A stretch of 63,857 bases of DNA, the filler included, from Phoronis australis (Eukaryota > Animalia > Phoronida), in assembly GCA_002633005.1 (NCBI GenBank). It is 8 parts of 8 records of this genome, joined end to end, with 100 filler letters (N's around TTAATTAATTAA, not from the genome) between each part and the next. Parts side by side here need not be neighbours in the genome. Positions count along the whole stretch, not along the records: positions 47,612 to 52,948 come from NMRA01002361.1; positions 53,049 to 56,604 come from NMRA01002960.1; positions 56,705 to 59,691 come from NMRA01003291.1; positions 59,792 to 61,693 come from NMRA01000820.1; positions 61,794 to 63,857 come from NMRA01003865.1; 3 more parts are not named here. One strand, written 5' to 3'. The notes below the pieces were generated by a model. The model searched no databases and was not told the origin of the DNA. It was given only the letters and a program-made list of their open reading frames with translations. The stretch's first letter is position 1. Each line of letters opens with the position of its first letter. Shown piece by piece: positions 49,251 to 62,611 of the stretch. A program made the position numbers and the translations under genes.

Positions 49251-49840
49251 GTCAGTCTTGATGGACTTTGTCAAAGTCCTCTGACAGGTCACAAAAATTA
49301 TCTCGAAAACTAAGAATTGTGACGATTTAAATCTGCTCGAATGTTTTACCCAATGAGTATGGCAACAACACTGCCATCTAGCAGACGCGAGGAGTAATTT
49401 TGCGATTGATAGCTACTATACAGATACTCTTTAGTCAAATAGTCAATCATAGTCCTAGAAAGATGTAAACTCAGAGTTAAGCTTTCTAAATAAGTGATAC
49501 ATTTGATTCCTTTACATGGAGATTTACATTATTTGGATTGATAGTAGTGGAATGTGGCTCATGAAAATACACTAGAATCACAAAAGTTATGAAATTTAAT
49601 CACTAAAAAGTTGACCAAGTTGATTTTTCAGAGCTTTTTTGTCTCGTCAGTTTTCATGTTAAACTATTAAGTGAATGTGCGTTTTTTTTTTCCGAAACAA
49701 CCTTTTTGTACAAATCTGTTCCCACATGTTGAGGACCTGGAAATTTTATTCACCGAACAACCGGCATCAAACTGGTTCTCAAAATCTGGGTCCTGTGTAA
49801 GTGACTATTGTTATCGACTGTGCCGCACGCTTGTTTGCAG

Positions 49841-49933
49841 ATCGGGAAGGCCTAGCTAATCTGAAAGCAGTGCAGAAACTTCAGAGTGTATTTCTACAGG
49901 CATTCCATCTGTACTTAAAGAGAGAACATCCAG
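49841..49933 (+). CDS. Nuclear receptor LBD exon DREGLANLKAVQKLQSVFLQAFHLYLKREHP
   Basis: DR.GL.....V..LQ helix 9 motif; tttgcag acceptor, gtaaga donor, phase 1-1. Confidence 0.95.
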
Positions 49934-50945
49934 GTAAGAACTGGTGCCATTTTAGTCAGTGTAGTGTACTAAGACCAAAAACTGATATTCGCTTTGTGTA
50001 GGACCGTAAACGTTTAAGAAATTTTGTAGCCAGGCAGACTTGATAAGGTCATGCCGTAATCACTGCTGGAAAACTGTGTTACGTAGACGTTTGTCGTTTT
50101 TTTCAGTCTTGTTAGCGTAAAATGTCACCAATTTCTCGATAAAAGATGTGTCACACTGCATTAATGGTTTTCCATGTTCAAGCTCCATTACCGTGGCTAC
50201 CACCGGGGCAATATTTTGAAAAGGTGTCCTTAGAAGACCTTGAAAAATAAAAAAGCAAATTTGGCAATTATTTTTGTCTGAATTGGTGAGGTTTTACCGT
50301 ATTGTGCCATTGATTTTAACGGTTTTCTGTTGAGTTGACGACTATCCATTGTTCTGCATAGTTATACCTCCAGTTGCATTGCACACGTTGTTTTATGAAG
50401 TGCAATGCATACATGATGCTATGGTGGGTAGTCGCCTGCATTCTTGTCATGCACTATAGGCCATGTGACCATGAGGTCATCTATGGCACTGATGACCTTT
50501 TTGAACTGCACTGTGGGACGGTTGTCAGTTCATAGACATCCAGTGACATCACACATAACTTGGTGACATGTAAACAATATTAGGGAGAACTGCACGTGTC
50601 ACTTGCGTGCACCACACGTGAAAGCACGGTTCCTCTGCAACATGCTTTTTGGTGCAAATACAGCAATTGAAAGTAACCGTCAGAGCAAAGTATAAGATTG
50701 AAAACTAGCCTCAACATACAGTATAGTGAATGAGTTCGTAGATCTTTTGCGCGAAAGATTCTTGAGGCACCATCAGATTATGGTAGTTCAATCTCACTGC
50801 CTAAAATGCAAATTATGAATCAGGTTACGCGTCCATAAGGTATCTGTGATGTTTATGAACTGACTACCACCCCGGAATGCATTTGAAAAACATAAGTGCC
50901 GTACACGAAATCCCTCAAGTTGACCTGTGTGTTGGCTTTTATCAG

Positions 50946-51103
50946 ATCAGCCCAATCGTTTCCATGATGTCTTGCGGATGATACCTCTGCTACGTCGAAT
51001 CAACCAGGAGCACGCCAAGGCTTTGAACAATGTAAAGATGGCGTCGCCAGAAATTGCTGAGGAGCTGCCTGATCTCCACAAAGAAGTCTATGGCAACGAT
51101 TAG
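50946..51103 (+). CDS. Nuclear receptor last exon DQPNRFHDVLRMIPLLRRINQEHAKALNNVKMASPEIAEELPDLHKEVYGND*
   Basis: Helix 10/11 P.RF......P.LR.I...H and a helix-12-like LPxLxxEx[FY]; stop TAG at 51101-51103. Confidence 0.93.
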
Positions 51104-53048
51104 CCACATGCAACGTCACATGTCTCACAAGATGACTGGGCATTGAAGAAAGTCATTGCTGCGTGAAAGACGCGTCCCTATTAGACAACAAAGCTTGTAA
51201 CATCAGACTTTAGTGTTCTGTGATAATGCAAGGCAGGTGTTGCCCAGAAAGAGTCATTGCCTAGTAACTACGCTGAACGTGGGCTCAATTTGTCCGTAAC
51301 TTGTCTTGCAAGAGATTTTTGGAATTTCTTGGAAGCAGTCTTGCATCCATGTTTTCACAAGCATAAACTCACTCAACTTGCTCAGTGTCTATTGCAAAGG
51401 ATTCTGTTACGATTATCATATAAATTTGCGTGCCAAGGAAACCCTTTGACTGTGACTGGATACACAACGTGCCTCTCATGGTGTTCCAGGGTTTAGTGTT
51501 TTGAAACAATACTGCATTTGCACAAGCTCTGGGTCTTCACAGACAACATTGCAACATTGTGACCGACACGCCTCCTGTGAAGAGATATGAGTCAGCCATT
51601 TCAGAGGCTAGCATTTGCCCATGTTAGTGGAGGGAGATAGGACTCTCACTGTATATGTAATTCATTTTGTCAATCTCGGGCCAATCAGGGTCATGGAATT
51701 TTTAGTTGGAATTTAATGACAATGTCGTTTAATTGTGGTAATTCTATGTTTCTCATGGGAATAAGTTTAATCGTAAGTAGATGCAAGTCAACTAAACAAT
51801 TGCTTATGATGTTTTTTCTGTTTTAATCGTTTTATTTCGTTGTGGGTGAATCTTCTGTTGATTCTTGACCTTAAGGCTTTCAACTTCTAACTCGTGTTCC
51901 TCATATTTCAAAAGTTTAGTCGTCTGGACTTGCAAATGTGTTATGGTTAAACTAGTCGAGATTTTAACATCCATTTATAAATATTATATATATATATACA
52001 TATACATGTATACAAATGTATAAAGTTTACTATTCTCAGTGGAACTACAGCAGTTGACTCTGAGATTTTGTACATTGTACAATAAATGTATTGAGAAATA
52101 TTATTTTTGTGTAGTCTTGCTTCACGTAGCATAGAACCTGTATTGCAGTGACATTGTTGACTATTGATCCTGATCTTACTGTTTTGTGCCATATATAATC
52201 GTTGAAAAATACTGCTTGCAGGATGTACGTATTGTATGTAGTGCTGATTTTCATCACATTGATTGACTGTTTCAAATGACTTTGAATAGTCACTAAAACA
52301 GTGCTGTTATAGATGGAAATATTCAAGGGCATTTTTACACATTTTCCTTACACTCATCCTGTCTAGTGAAAGTAAATACCCGTTGGTGGAAATTGAGGGC
52401 ACTGCTTCATTGTGAAAAATTATTGCAACTAGAATCTCGGAATGGTGATATTGTGTTTTTTAGTTAAACCGATTGTACATTGGTTTGTTCTAATAGCTGA
52501 ATATGATTATTTAACAAAAGTATTGAGATTCAGCAATTTTGTGTTCAGTTAAACGCTTTTTGTATGTTGTTTTTGTAGAATGAATTTTAGGGGGACACAC
52601 GTTTTCCATCTTTAACTTACAATAACATTGTTTCAGTTTTAAACGAAGTGAGTAAGTGTAAATCAGAGAAAAATCTAGAGTATCCATGACTTGCCATTGA
52701 TGTAAACTCGTTTCTCACGTGATATGATGGTTTGAATTAAAAAATGTGTATAGTTTTAGTCTAGTCAAAGGTCGAAACAACGACCATAAATACCCCGTTG
52801 AATCGTGTGTCCTGACAACTGGGTGTCATGTGCGTGTGTTAGTGAGTGTGTGTGCTAAGGTTTGAGTTTCTTGCCTTTAATTTCCAAGCAGCCAACTGGC
52901 ATCAGGACAGCATAATTACGATTGTGGACTTGATTCTTCTTGAATTTCNNNNNNNNNNNNNNNNNNNNNNNNNNNNNNNNNNNNNNNNNNNNTTAATTAA
53001 TTAANNNNNNNNNNNNNNNNNNNNNNNNNNNNNNNNNNNNNNNNNNNN

Positions 53049-53298
53049 GAACTGATAGGAATGGGCTATGATGGTAAGACATCAAATGCACTTGGTAGGA
53101 GTTGGACATGGTCCTGCCCAGACATTCTTCAGCATGCATTGTCAGGAAATCAGGTAGGCGAGCTGGCAGCAAGAAGTGGACATCGTCCAAAGTGAGGATG
53201 GGCACATACTCTGTCTGGTAACGACTGGCCAACACAGAGATATGGTTGGTTGTACGTGTCACTGGTGCCTCGCCCACCACACGATAACGCAGCTTGGC
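53049..53298 (-). CDS. Exon resembling the C-terminal glycosyltransferase-region of GREB1/GREB1L-like proteins, truncated by a gap
   Basis: ttcacag acceptor and open frame AKLRYRVV...ISVLASRY...HFLLPARLPDFLTMHAEECL...HHSPFLSV, similar from memory to GREB1 ..VVPAQY..FLAAPAQLLLEKFLQHHSH..HDHPVLSV. That it is coding is more certain than the family call. Confidence 0.55.
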
Positions 53299-54211
53299 CT
53301 GTGAATAAGCAACAAAGATACAATTATGACAAACTAAGTTCAGAAAGCAAAGAAAACAGTTCAATGTCTCCACTTGGAAATTTCACATTAAATGTGACTT
53401 TCACATTAAATGTGGAGACCAGACTCTGATCTGTGAACAGAATAGCAAAATGTGACATTGTCAGAAAAGCATGTTGGCAGTGTTGAGAGAGGAGAAATTT
53501 AATAAGAAATACGCTGACATTAATTCTATCTGACAGATTGTACCACCAATCAGTGCCTATACCACACAAGTTGATTAAACACAATATTTACTGCACTGTT
53601 AACACCATGTGCCAATCTTCACTCTCTATAGCTCAATGTTTCTCCCTAATCAAGCCATGACACCCACTCTGTCATTAGCCGTGGGGAGCCATACCAATTT
53701 GAGGGACCATTACCAATCTGATGACTAAGCCATAGACTATGGTAATCCTCGACTCCCCCCAAGCTAAAATAAAACTAGAGAGCTTGTAGATGGTTTCAAG
53801 TGCTTTTTATCAAGCTAGTTATAGGAGCCAGTGATTAACACTTGAACAAGATGACTGTCTCAAGGCACTACACACACATATGACAAGACAAGCTGTATGT
53901 TGCGGGACCACTGCATGACACTACATACATATATAACGAGACAACCTTTATATTTAACGTTTAGATTATACCAAAATGTCAATGTCAAGGTAAAAATCAG
54001 ATCAGCTAATCCTGATAGTTTGACGGATTTTACTAGTCAGTACTTTACTAGTTGGTTAGTTGACATAAATTTCATCGACCAGTAGTCAACAACTACTAAT
54101 TATTCAAAACCCAAGAGAAAAGTAGTTTTAATGATACAAAAGAATTTCTCATTCAGCCAACGGAGTTACTAAATGCTATGCTAACTTAAGTGTTGTCAAC
54201 ACAACGTGGAT

Positions 54212-54515
54212 CCTAGAACAAGTTACTCATGAAATGCGTTGTTCCAAAGTTTAGCAATAGTGGTACTAATAGCACTCTGAATACTATTGGTGCTAGGGCA
54301 ACTTGACATGTGCCTGACAAATTACTCCACCTTATCAAGATAGAGCAACATGTTCCAGGATAACTAGCTTCAGTGCAAATCATAATGTGGACGCAAACCT
54401 GCAAACAAGGTAGACCCTAGAACGAGTTACCCATGGAATGCGTTGTCTCAAAGTTTAGAAGTAGTAGTGATAGCAATGTAAATACTATCTGTGCTAGAGC
54501 AACACAAACCTGCAC
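54212..54515 (+). repeat. Diverged ~100-bp direct repeat, period about 205 bp
   Basis: CCTAGAAC.AGTTAC.CATG.AATGCGTTGT..CAAAGTTTAG at 54212 and 54416. Confidence 0.8.
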
Positions 54516-56461
54516 ACAACATGCAGTTCATTTCCAGTTGTGTGTTAACTCAGTTATACACATAGGGATGTCGAATCATTTTTGCACGGTGTGTGGTGTT
54601 AACGCTCGGTTGAATGTTGCAAGCTGGACTAGAGCAAATTGTTCACATGTGCACCTGACTTAAAGCCTAACTTCAACGGAATTTTGTTATTTTTGACGTA
54701 TTGGGCTCACCAGATAGTCCTAGCAAAGCCTTAGTAAAATAAGAGTTCAATCACGCAAATGTAAGCCAGTCAAATGATAGGTGAACCTGTCTTTTCATGC
54801 CATATTGCGTCATGGGGAGATCCCAGTGCAAACAAAAGGCCGATAACAGTTGTATTTAATTGGAGTCTGAATAGAACACCATTGGGTGCAGAAGTTAGTC
54901 ACAATTGTTTGAATTAAAAGGCAAAGGCGATTCTTTCAATTCTTTTGGTGACTGACATAAACATAAGCAAGCCAATATGCCTAACAGTTCATTACACTTG
55001 GCAATTTATGGCACTAGTGGACTCAGAGTCATGCTCTTAACATGCTGTAGGAACCAAATTTACACGTGTTACCGTTCAAAATAGGCTTTAAGTAAAGCCT
55101 ACACAAGGCAGATGGTACAAACTGTCAGACCTGTACATCTATCATACACCAATCAATAGCTCAGAGGACTGACTTCCAAGTCACTATAATGCCATCTCCA
55201 GTTAGGAGCCCACACATCAGGTCACAAGGTCAGTGACCTGGGCTGTCATGCTTAAAAACCCACTGACCTGTGAAAGCACAAGCAGGCCTCATCACAATAT
55301 GCAATCTGATGGGCATCCTCACAAAACAAAGACTAGTAATCTGTGTCCAGCTGCAGGGTTTCATGCTTAAATGTTTATAGGTCTTGTGGTACAAGAAGAG
55401 TAAGGCAGTAATAAAATGTCTATTTAAATAAAGTATAATAAATGATATAGTAAATTTGGCTGAAATAATCTGTAAACATTTACCAAATACAAAAACACTA
55501 TTTGTCTCAGTGACAAATGCAAAAGAAACAACCAATCAGAGTCGTCAAAAGCATTTTTCCTTCAAAAGTTTGTTGATATTTCTAACACTGCTGCCGGTCT
55601 GACCAGTGTCGCGAGGGGCAAGGAATATTAAAAACTGCACTAAGAAAGAACTTTTTGCGTAGTAAATTTCTTATTTACGAAATGACTGATGATTGATCTA
55701 CTTGAGCAACAGCAAAACGGCCGATAATATCAAAAAAGTAGCTGTCATTTCAAACAAATTTCTAAATTTTTGACAGTCTTTTCCAATTCTGGCCGTCCCA
55801 TCAAACACGACCAAAATAAAATTCTGTCCGTCCTAAAGACGGCTACTATATTAACCCGTGATGAATCTGCTGTTTAGTCGACTGTTAACAGAATAATCCA
55901 TGCACAAGCGTGCGTCACAACGCCTGCTGTGATAAGTCTTTTCATCCAGCTTGGTCATTGTTCAATATGAAAGGTTGCCGGCTAGCAGCTCTCGCCAGCT
56001 GACAAAAATAAACTGGGCATCCAAAAATTATACTTGATATGAAACCGAGCGTCCAAAATCGGGTTTGGGGATCCTCCTAAAAGCGTCCAAATCGGACACT
56101 GGGCATTTGTGGATCTGACTGTTTAACTTGGTTCAGCAGGCCAACCCAGCAAAACTCCTTGCAGCACATGAACAATGCAGTAATAAGACCATGATACAGT
56201 TGACCTTCAATACAGCCTTCTCTCTTCTCTTCTCATCACTGGTTCACAATAACAACAAGGCTACTCCAGGCTACACTGGCCCTCTTAATGAAATCAATTA
56301 TGTGCCACCATGTTTTTTCAACCCAAGGGAAAATCCGGAAAAATGCCTCAGAACAGAATTGTTTGGCACCTTGATTAACAGTTCAGATTGATAGCTGTGT
56401 TTTACAAATATGTTGGCATACTAGATAGAACATGCATGTGGTATGTACTACACTACATAGC

Positions 56462-56604
56462 CAACAGCACTAATCAGAACAATGTTCATGGTCACACTTA
56501 CAGCATTAATCAGAACAATGTTCATGGTCACACTCACAGCACTAATCAGAACAATGTTCATGGTCACAATTACAGCACTAATCAGAACAATGTTCATGGT
56601 CACA
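56462..56604. repeat. 36-bp minisatellite, 4 copies, running into a gap
   Basis: CAGCACTAATCAGAACAATGTTCATGGTCACA repeated. Confidence 0.95.
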
Positions 56605-57539
56605 NNNNNNNNNNNNNNNNNNNNNNNNNNNNNNNNNNNNNNNNNNNNTTAATTAATTAANNNNNNNNNNNNNNNNNNNNNNNNNNNNNNNNNNNNNNNN
56701 NNNNAAATACGAAATTCATACCGTGTAAGAAAAAAGATTTAGCAGAACCACCTTGGAACTGTACAACGGCGTGGTCATTTGTTTGCTACTTATCGGAGGT
56801 CAAAAGTTACGGAGCTGTCACTCAAATCGAATCTCCTGCCAGGCAGAAACATGCCGGGGAAGCCAAAACAGTGTTGATCCCGAGAGAGTTTTGTGTTTGC
56901 ATGCGTATGACCATTGAGAACGAATGCTACGAGTCGCCTCACGCCTCTGTGCCTTGTGTTCACGAACACAGCAAGTTGCAGAAAGTGAAAAATCCTCACC
57001 CAAATTCCTTAATTTGGGTAATTTGACATTTCACTGTTTCGATCTCATGCTCACTTCCGCACATGCAACTTTTTATACCCTAATACTGAGTCGAACTCAA
57101 TTTTCAAGACTGCTATGGCTCGCGGCTTGTGTAGAACAAAACACAATAACGGGGACCGGATCCACTGATGCCGTCTCACAAATATTTTTTTGATTTTTGC
57201 ATTGTTTTCTTGATTAAAAGTACACAAATTGAAGAAGACATACTAAAGGCCCTTTCATATTGACTTAACTCCGGTCTGAGCGCAGCGTCGACGTAAAAAG
57301 CGCAGTTAACTGGACCATTCATACTGGCTTCGGCACGCACACACATACACACATACAACTCTTTGGCATTGTGACTTTACCATAGCGTCGCGTTACGCAA
57401 TTTCTAATTCTGGTGTGAAAAACTAGCCGTAACTTTTTTCCAAGAGGATCAGTTGTCACGGTGCTAGTTGCTCCATTTAAGCCACATGTACTGGACATTA
57501 GATCACAAAGTGGACCAGCATGAGTTATTTGCCTAAAGA

Positions 57540-57851
57540 CTGTCTGCGCATGCTCGCATAAACAATAGCGAACGTCCAAACCACGTGGAATGCCAGCGGA
57601 TCATCTGTATATATGCTATAGCGCAAGCGCATTGAAAGATGATCCCTTTCCGCCCTGCCCCAGTTGTGTTTAGACATGTAGTTGACAGTGGAGCAACTGA
57701 TCGAGTGCAGCAAGATCTACCTCTCAAACTGGCGTCAAAGATGGCCGCCGCGGTGTTAACTTGCTCGGTGTCAATCGTATTTACATACACAGTTGCACCT
57801 GATCAGCTGTTCCGTATTAGTTGCTCTGTGGCCGCTGTCTCTGGTGTAAGT
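57540..57851 (+). promoter_or_regulatory. Promoter-like CpG-rich patch with a candidate first exon (ATG 57741 to donor after 57845)
   Basis: TGCGCATG (NRF1-like), CCGCCC (GC box), AAGATGGCCGCC (YY1-like), then an open 35-codon frame ending GGT|gtaagt. Confidence 0.35.
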
Positions 57852-59791
57852 GTGGTTTGAGTTGAGTTGGACATGCGGAGACGTTTCTGCGTGAATTGTT
57901 AGAACAGCCCATTGCACAACAGTGGATGGCATGACGGTTGCAAAAATTAACAGAAACCCTATGAAATATCCCATTGCATGAATGACAAAGCCTATTTCAT
58001 TAAGTCAACAATGTACTAACTGCTGTGAAGTGTGAAGGAATAATTATGAGTCTACAGTTATTAGAGAACACTTTGGAACAGATATGGTGTGCCTAGGTGT
58101 GTGGGCTGGACACTGAGACTCCTGCCCATCAGGGTTCAAGACAATAACATTCCTCAAACTTGGTGTTGGCCTGGTTTGTAAACAAAGCTGTGTTCAGTGT
58201 GTACGGAGAAAGCAGGAAGCAGAATCTCTTAAGTTCTCAGGGTTGTTGCATACCGTACTTGTCGGGGCTCATGCCCATGCTCAGTGTATTACCTCCCCCC
58301 AACCGAACTTATACGACCGAAACTCTTAAAAATTCCTGTATATTTGTGAACGCCAGAATGTACTCAACTTCTTTACCTTAGAGATGATCAATCAGTTTTG
58401 TTGAAATCATGCCTTATCCAGAATGTAAATGTCTACACTCGCTCTTTACTAAAGGAGACGTGAAATGGTTCTTTTGGCCCTTGCGCATTCCATTGTTATT
58501 GTACTTACGTGCAAAAATGATGGACGTATTCGCCTTAACAATGTGTGGCAATTGTGTAATGTTTGCGACAGGTTATTTAAAGATATGATGTGTAAAAAGC
58601 TGGATCAGGATACTTAACAACTGTGTGTAGTCACTCCCATTTTACATAGTAAGTTCCTTACGGTATACTCTATAATACGCCATTTTGATTGATTCCTGCA
58701 TGCGAAGCCCCAACGTCAGTGTAGCTACCTGACCTTTTGGCTACGCACCCTCCTCCGTTCGTTTTTATGCGCCCATGCTCAGCCTTCTACCGCATGACTT
58801 TTGAGTTACCCTGGTCAGTAATCGGATGAGTGGGGTATTTTTGGGTGGTTTATGTATGTTTGCTTCTTGAAAAGGTCAAGATGTGGAGATGTATAGCTCT
58901 AGAAGGGATTCTGCTAGCAAATGCTTGTTCTTGCAAGTTTTGTTTACTAGGTGAGCTTATTCACACTATTTTTGAAGTGAACCTAATCATAAGGGCTTGG
59001 AATTTTCTTCTTTTAAGAGGATTTCCTCTTTTTGGTTTCGATTTGCTCCTTTTTGATTTCCAGTTTCCTTTTTTGGCTCTTTTTACCATTATTTTGACTT
59101 CATGCTGGCAAAAACATTTATTTCAGTTAACTTTTGCAACAAAAAAGTATTTCTGTGACACAAGCCTATTTGTGGCACAATATATCAATAATAATTTTTC
59201 TTCTTTTTTGTCTTTGGTCATTCCAAGCCCTTAAAAAATTTAATGTGATACAAAAACAACTGCTTAGTTTTAAATTATGGATCTGGTATGAAAGTCTTGT
59301 GACATTACCGATGTTCAAAATTGTATATATGGCAACTTTCAGGTACAAACCATGGTAACAAGAGACAATATTTTCTTGGAAATTATAATTTTTTAAAAAA
59401 TTTGACTGAGAGTAGTTTGTTTGCCATATTGCGTCCCAGACCATGGTTAAACTTTTCTTTCTGCTTCAGCACCAAATTTCCGTACATTCTAAAATTTAAC
59501 CCTTAGGAAAATTACCTAATTAAATGCAACCATCTTCCATCTTTTGCAAATGCCCAAAAGGGCAGTTAGAAATGACCATGTAGACAATAGTTAAACCGAC
59601 ACAACTTGACACCAGTGTGACAACTTATTCCCATCTCTTCGCGGAGCACCAAGCTTCATGTGATCAACTCTTCCAAGCGCAAGCATCGTGGNNNNNNNNN
59701 NNNNNNNNNNNNNNNNNNNNNNNNNNNNNNNNNNNTTAATTAATTAANNNNNNNNNNNNNNNNNNNNNNNNNNNNNNNNNNNNNNNNNNNN

Positions 59792-60402
59792 CAGAAATGT
59801 TTTTATGTATTATGTTAAATCTATGATTACGAAACCGAGTTTGTAGATTATGTTGAGTTTGTCCTACGTATTGGATAGAACATTTTTTACAAGTTATAAG
59901 GTAAATAATATTGTTGGTGGTGCAATCAGAATAATGTTTTATTTCAAAGTTTTCATTGGTTTGGGAAGACTGGAAAAAAGTGCTATCGTTGATGAAGTTA
60001 CACATTTTACACCTAGTTTTGTTACATTGTGTGTTGCCAATAGGTTTGCCAGTTTGATGTATATTGTTGATATTAGCTTTAACTAAATAATTTTTTAGAT
60101 TTTTGCATTTTCTCCAACAAATTATAGGGGGATGAGGAAATAGGTTTTTCATTTGAGGGGAAATATGCAGCGTAGAAAGATGTTTTTTGAAGACGTGGCT
60201 AATTCCGTTTAAACATGGATTGAACATAGTTATGAAAGGTATTCTATTAGTAGTATTGCCTTTAGTTTTAGTTCTTAAAGATTCATTTCGAGTAATTGAG
60301 GGACTTTGTCAAACTGTTTGTGTATAAGATGTAAGGGGAAATGACGTTGAATTAGATAGTATTTGAGTTCTTTTAAACGGTTATTAAAGGAAGTTTCAGT
60401 AT
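59792..60402 (-). mobile_element. Penelope-like retroelement fragment: RT-to-endonuclease linker, zinc knuckle and GIY-YIG endonuclease start
   Basis: IPFITMFNP...PPIICWRKCKNLKNYLVKA...C-x4-C-x2-C...CTTNNIIYLITCKKCSIQYVGQT...RF.NH is typical of Penelope (Neptune-type) elements. Frameshifted upstream, 5'-truncated and cut by a gap. Confidence 0.93.
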
Positions 60403-62611
60403 GCTATAAAACTTGTACCAAAAGTTCAAATGGGAGATACAATTGAATGGATATTTACAGAGATTTAAAAGACGAATATCCTTAAAAAAAGATAAGCGAC
60501 TGCAAGATATAGTTACATTTTTGCAATAACCGCATAAACCTTCTAAAGACCAAAAATGATGGTATTTTCAGGGATTTGTTTAGAGGAAATTCAGTAGTGA
60601 ATATTAAGGTTGTTTTAAATTGCAATCATTCATTTTTTATGCACAGGAAGTTTGTGTTTTGCCACTAACGAACAAGATTGCAGAAATTTCCAACTTACTA
60701 TGTGATGGTGCTTTACTTATGCCTAAACACCGAAACGTAAGAAAACGCGTGGCGAGATATTCAGGATTACCCTATACTTTCTAATATCAATGATGCCAAA
60801 CCGGCAAAACTAAGAACGTCCATTGCTCACTTCTGCAATATTTGGTGAAGTTTCTCCCCATACTGAATTGTGGAACCGTTCAGAAGCATATCACAGATGA
60901 AAAAACAAGTTTTGCCCGAAGCCAAACGAATACGCTTCAATTATGACATTGAAACTTTGGTGTTGTGGCTTCTGAAAGGAGAAGGCAACCTTTTTCATGT
61001 GGTTTTTAGTAAAAATTCGGTTCGTTGATTCTCCCAGACAGATGTTTCAGTTAATTACGGCTTCCCCTAATTTTTTTAATTGGTCGTGCTCTACTACGGA
61101 AGTGACATTTAGGAGGTTAAAAATTTCCCGCCATTTTGTTTCTGCGTTTGAGTTTACTGTGAGGATATGTTCTACAGTTGTTTTCGTGCTGCTTTCTTAA
61201 CTTTGTCTTCACCACTTCCAGTCGACGAGTGTCCTACGACAAGCTAGGCTGATAGAGAATCCAATTACCTTGTATTTAGGGTTCGTTTAGTTTGTAGTGG
61301 CCTGAGAAGTGGCTGGAGTTGGCGACCCATGGGCTGCTTACAGGCTCTGGGCTTGAGACAACACCAGCACAGGGCAAACCACTGCTAGTTCCCAGAATTG
61401 CACGCTCTGGGGGGTACGTTCGGAGGCACAGGTGGGGCTCCAGTCACTGTAAGCCTAGAGGCCACAGCTCGCGAGGCTTCTAGATTCAAAAGTGCACACA
61501 TCGGGAGTGGTGACGGGGCACTGCCGGGAATCAATAGCCTTGTTTTACAAGAACCTTCATAAATTCTGAGAATATATCTCTTTCGTAACCCGACGGCAGA
61601 AAATGCTTGCCACACACTCGGTAATGGGGCTATTCGGAGAATTCTCCTCGCGGTGTCGCTGCTGTACTAGTGGTGATTGAATTGCGCATGCGTNNNNNNN
61701 NNNNNNNNNNNNNNNNNNNNNNNNNNNNNNNNNNNNNTTAATTAATTAANNNNNNNNNNNNNNNNNNNNNNNNNNNNNNNNNNNNNNNNNNNNTTTATCA
61801 AAATCTGCCTATAAAATCGTGACTTTGGACCAAAAGAGAAAAGTTTAAATTTTCAGAGGAACCGGTTGTAGGTGATTTAGTAGAAGGTTTACACCTTTTT
61901 GCTCTGAACATAAAGGCGCCACAAGAGGACCGTGGCCCCACCTGCTCAATTATCCAGCCCGCGCCTGAACTTGCATGTGGGGTAACTTGAATATTCTTCA
62001 ACATTTATAGTACATGTATCACTCAGAGTGCCAGAGTGAGCGCCCGCGAGCGATTTGAGCGCCCTCGTCCTGAACAGCTGTGTTTACGTTAGCGCTCTCG
62101 AGCGTTCGCAAACAACCTCGAGAGCAAGTACGCTTAGATTTCCAAGATGGCGTCTTGCGAAAGCTTCACGTCTGCAACATATGAACCCATTATGGTTCTG
62201 CAACACGAAAACTAACCTCAAAAGTTGACCGACTCATCCGAAAGTGTGACTTAAATTGCGGGTCGCTGTAGCGAGGAACAGTTTCCTCGAAGTAATTTTC
62301 GATTCTTGTCGTTCCAAGGCCTTCACGGTTGTTGTCTTGGGCTGCCGATATTAATATTGGCAAAGATACGATTCTGTCATTTACGCAAACTCCATTCCGG
62401 CGAAGTTGACTGCGTACGACCCGATCAGATTACCAGTACGTGAAGCCCTTGAAGCAAATTTAAAATTATTATTACTGAGACTTAGTTATCATTGTAGTGA
62501 CTGGTACCAGTAGCTGCAAAGATGTTGTTGTTGTCCATCTATAGCCTATCTTTAACGGATAGTCTGGGACTGGACCTTTTCGTCCGGGGGGACTATAACG
62601 TTATGTTGCTG

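Noticed and set aside
56388-56660. ORF with repeated STNQNNVHGH peptides
   Set aside because: Translation of a 36-bp minisatellite; no splice or coding support.
61214-61693. GC-rich, Pro-rich ORF region
   Set aside because: Probably a repeat fragment, but no diagnostic motif or terminus could be identified.
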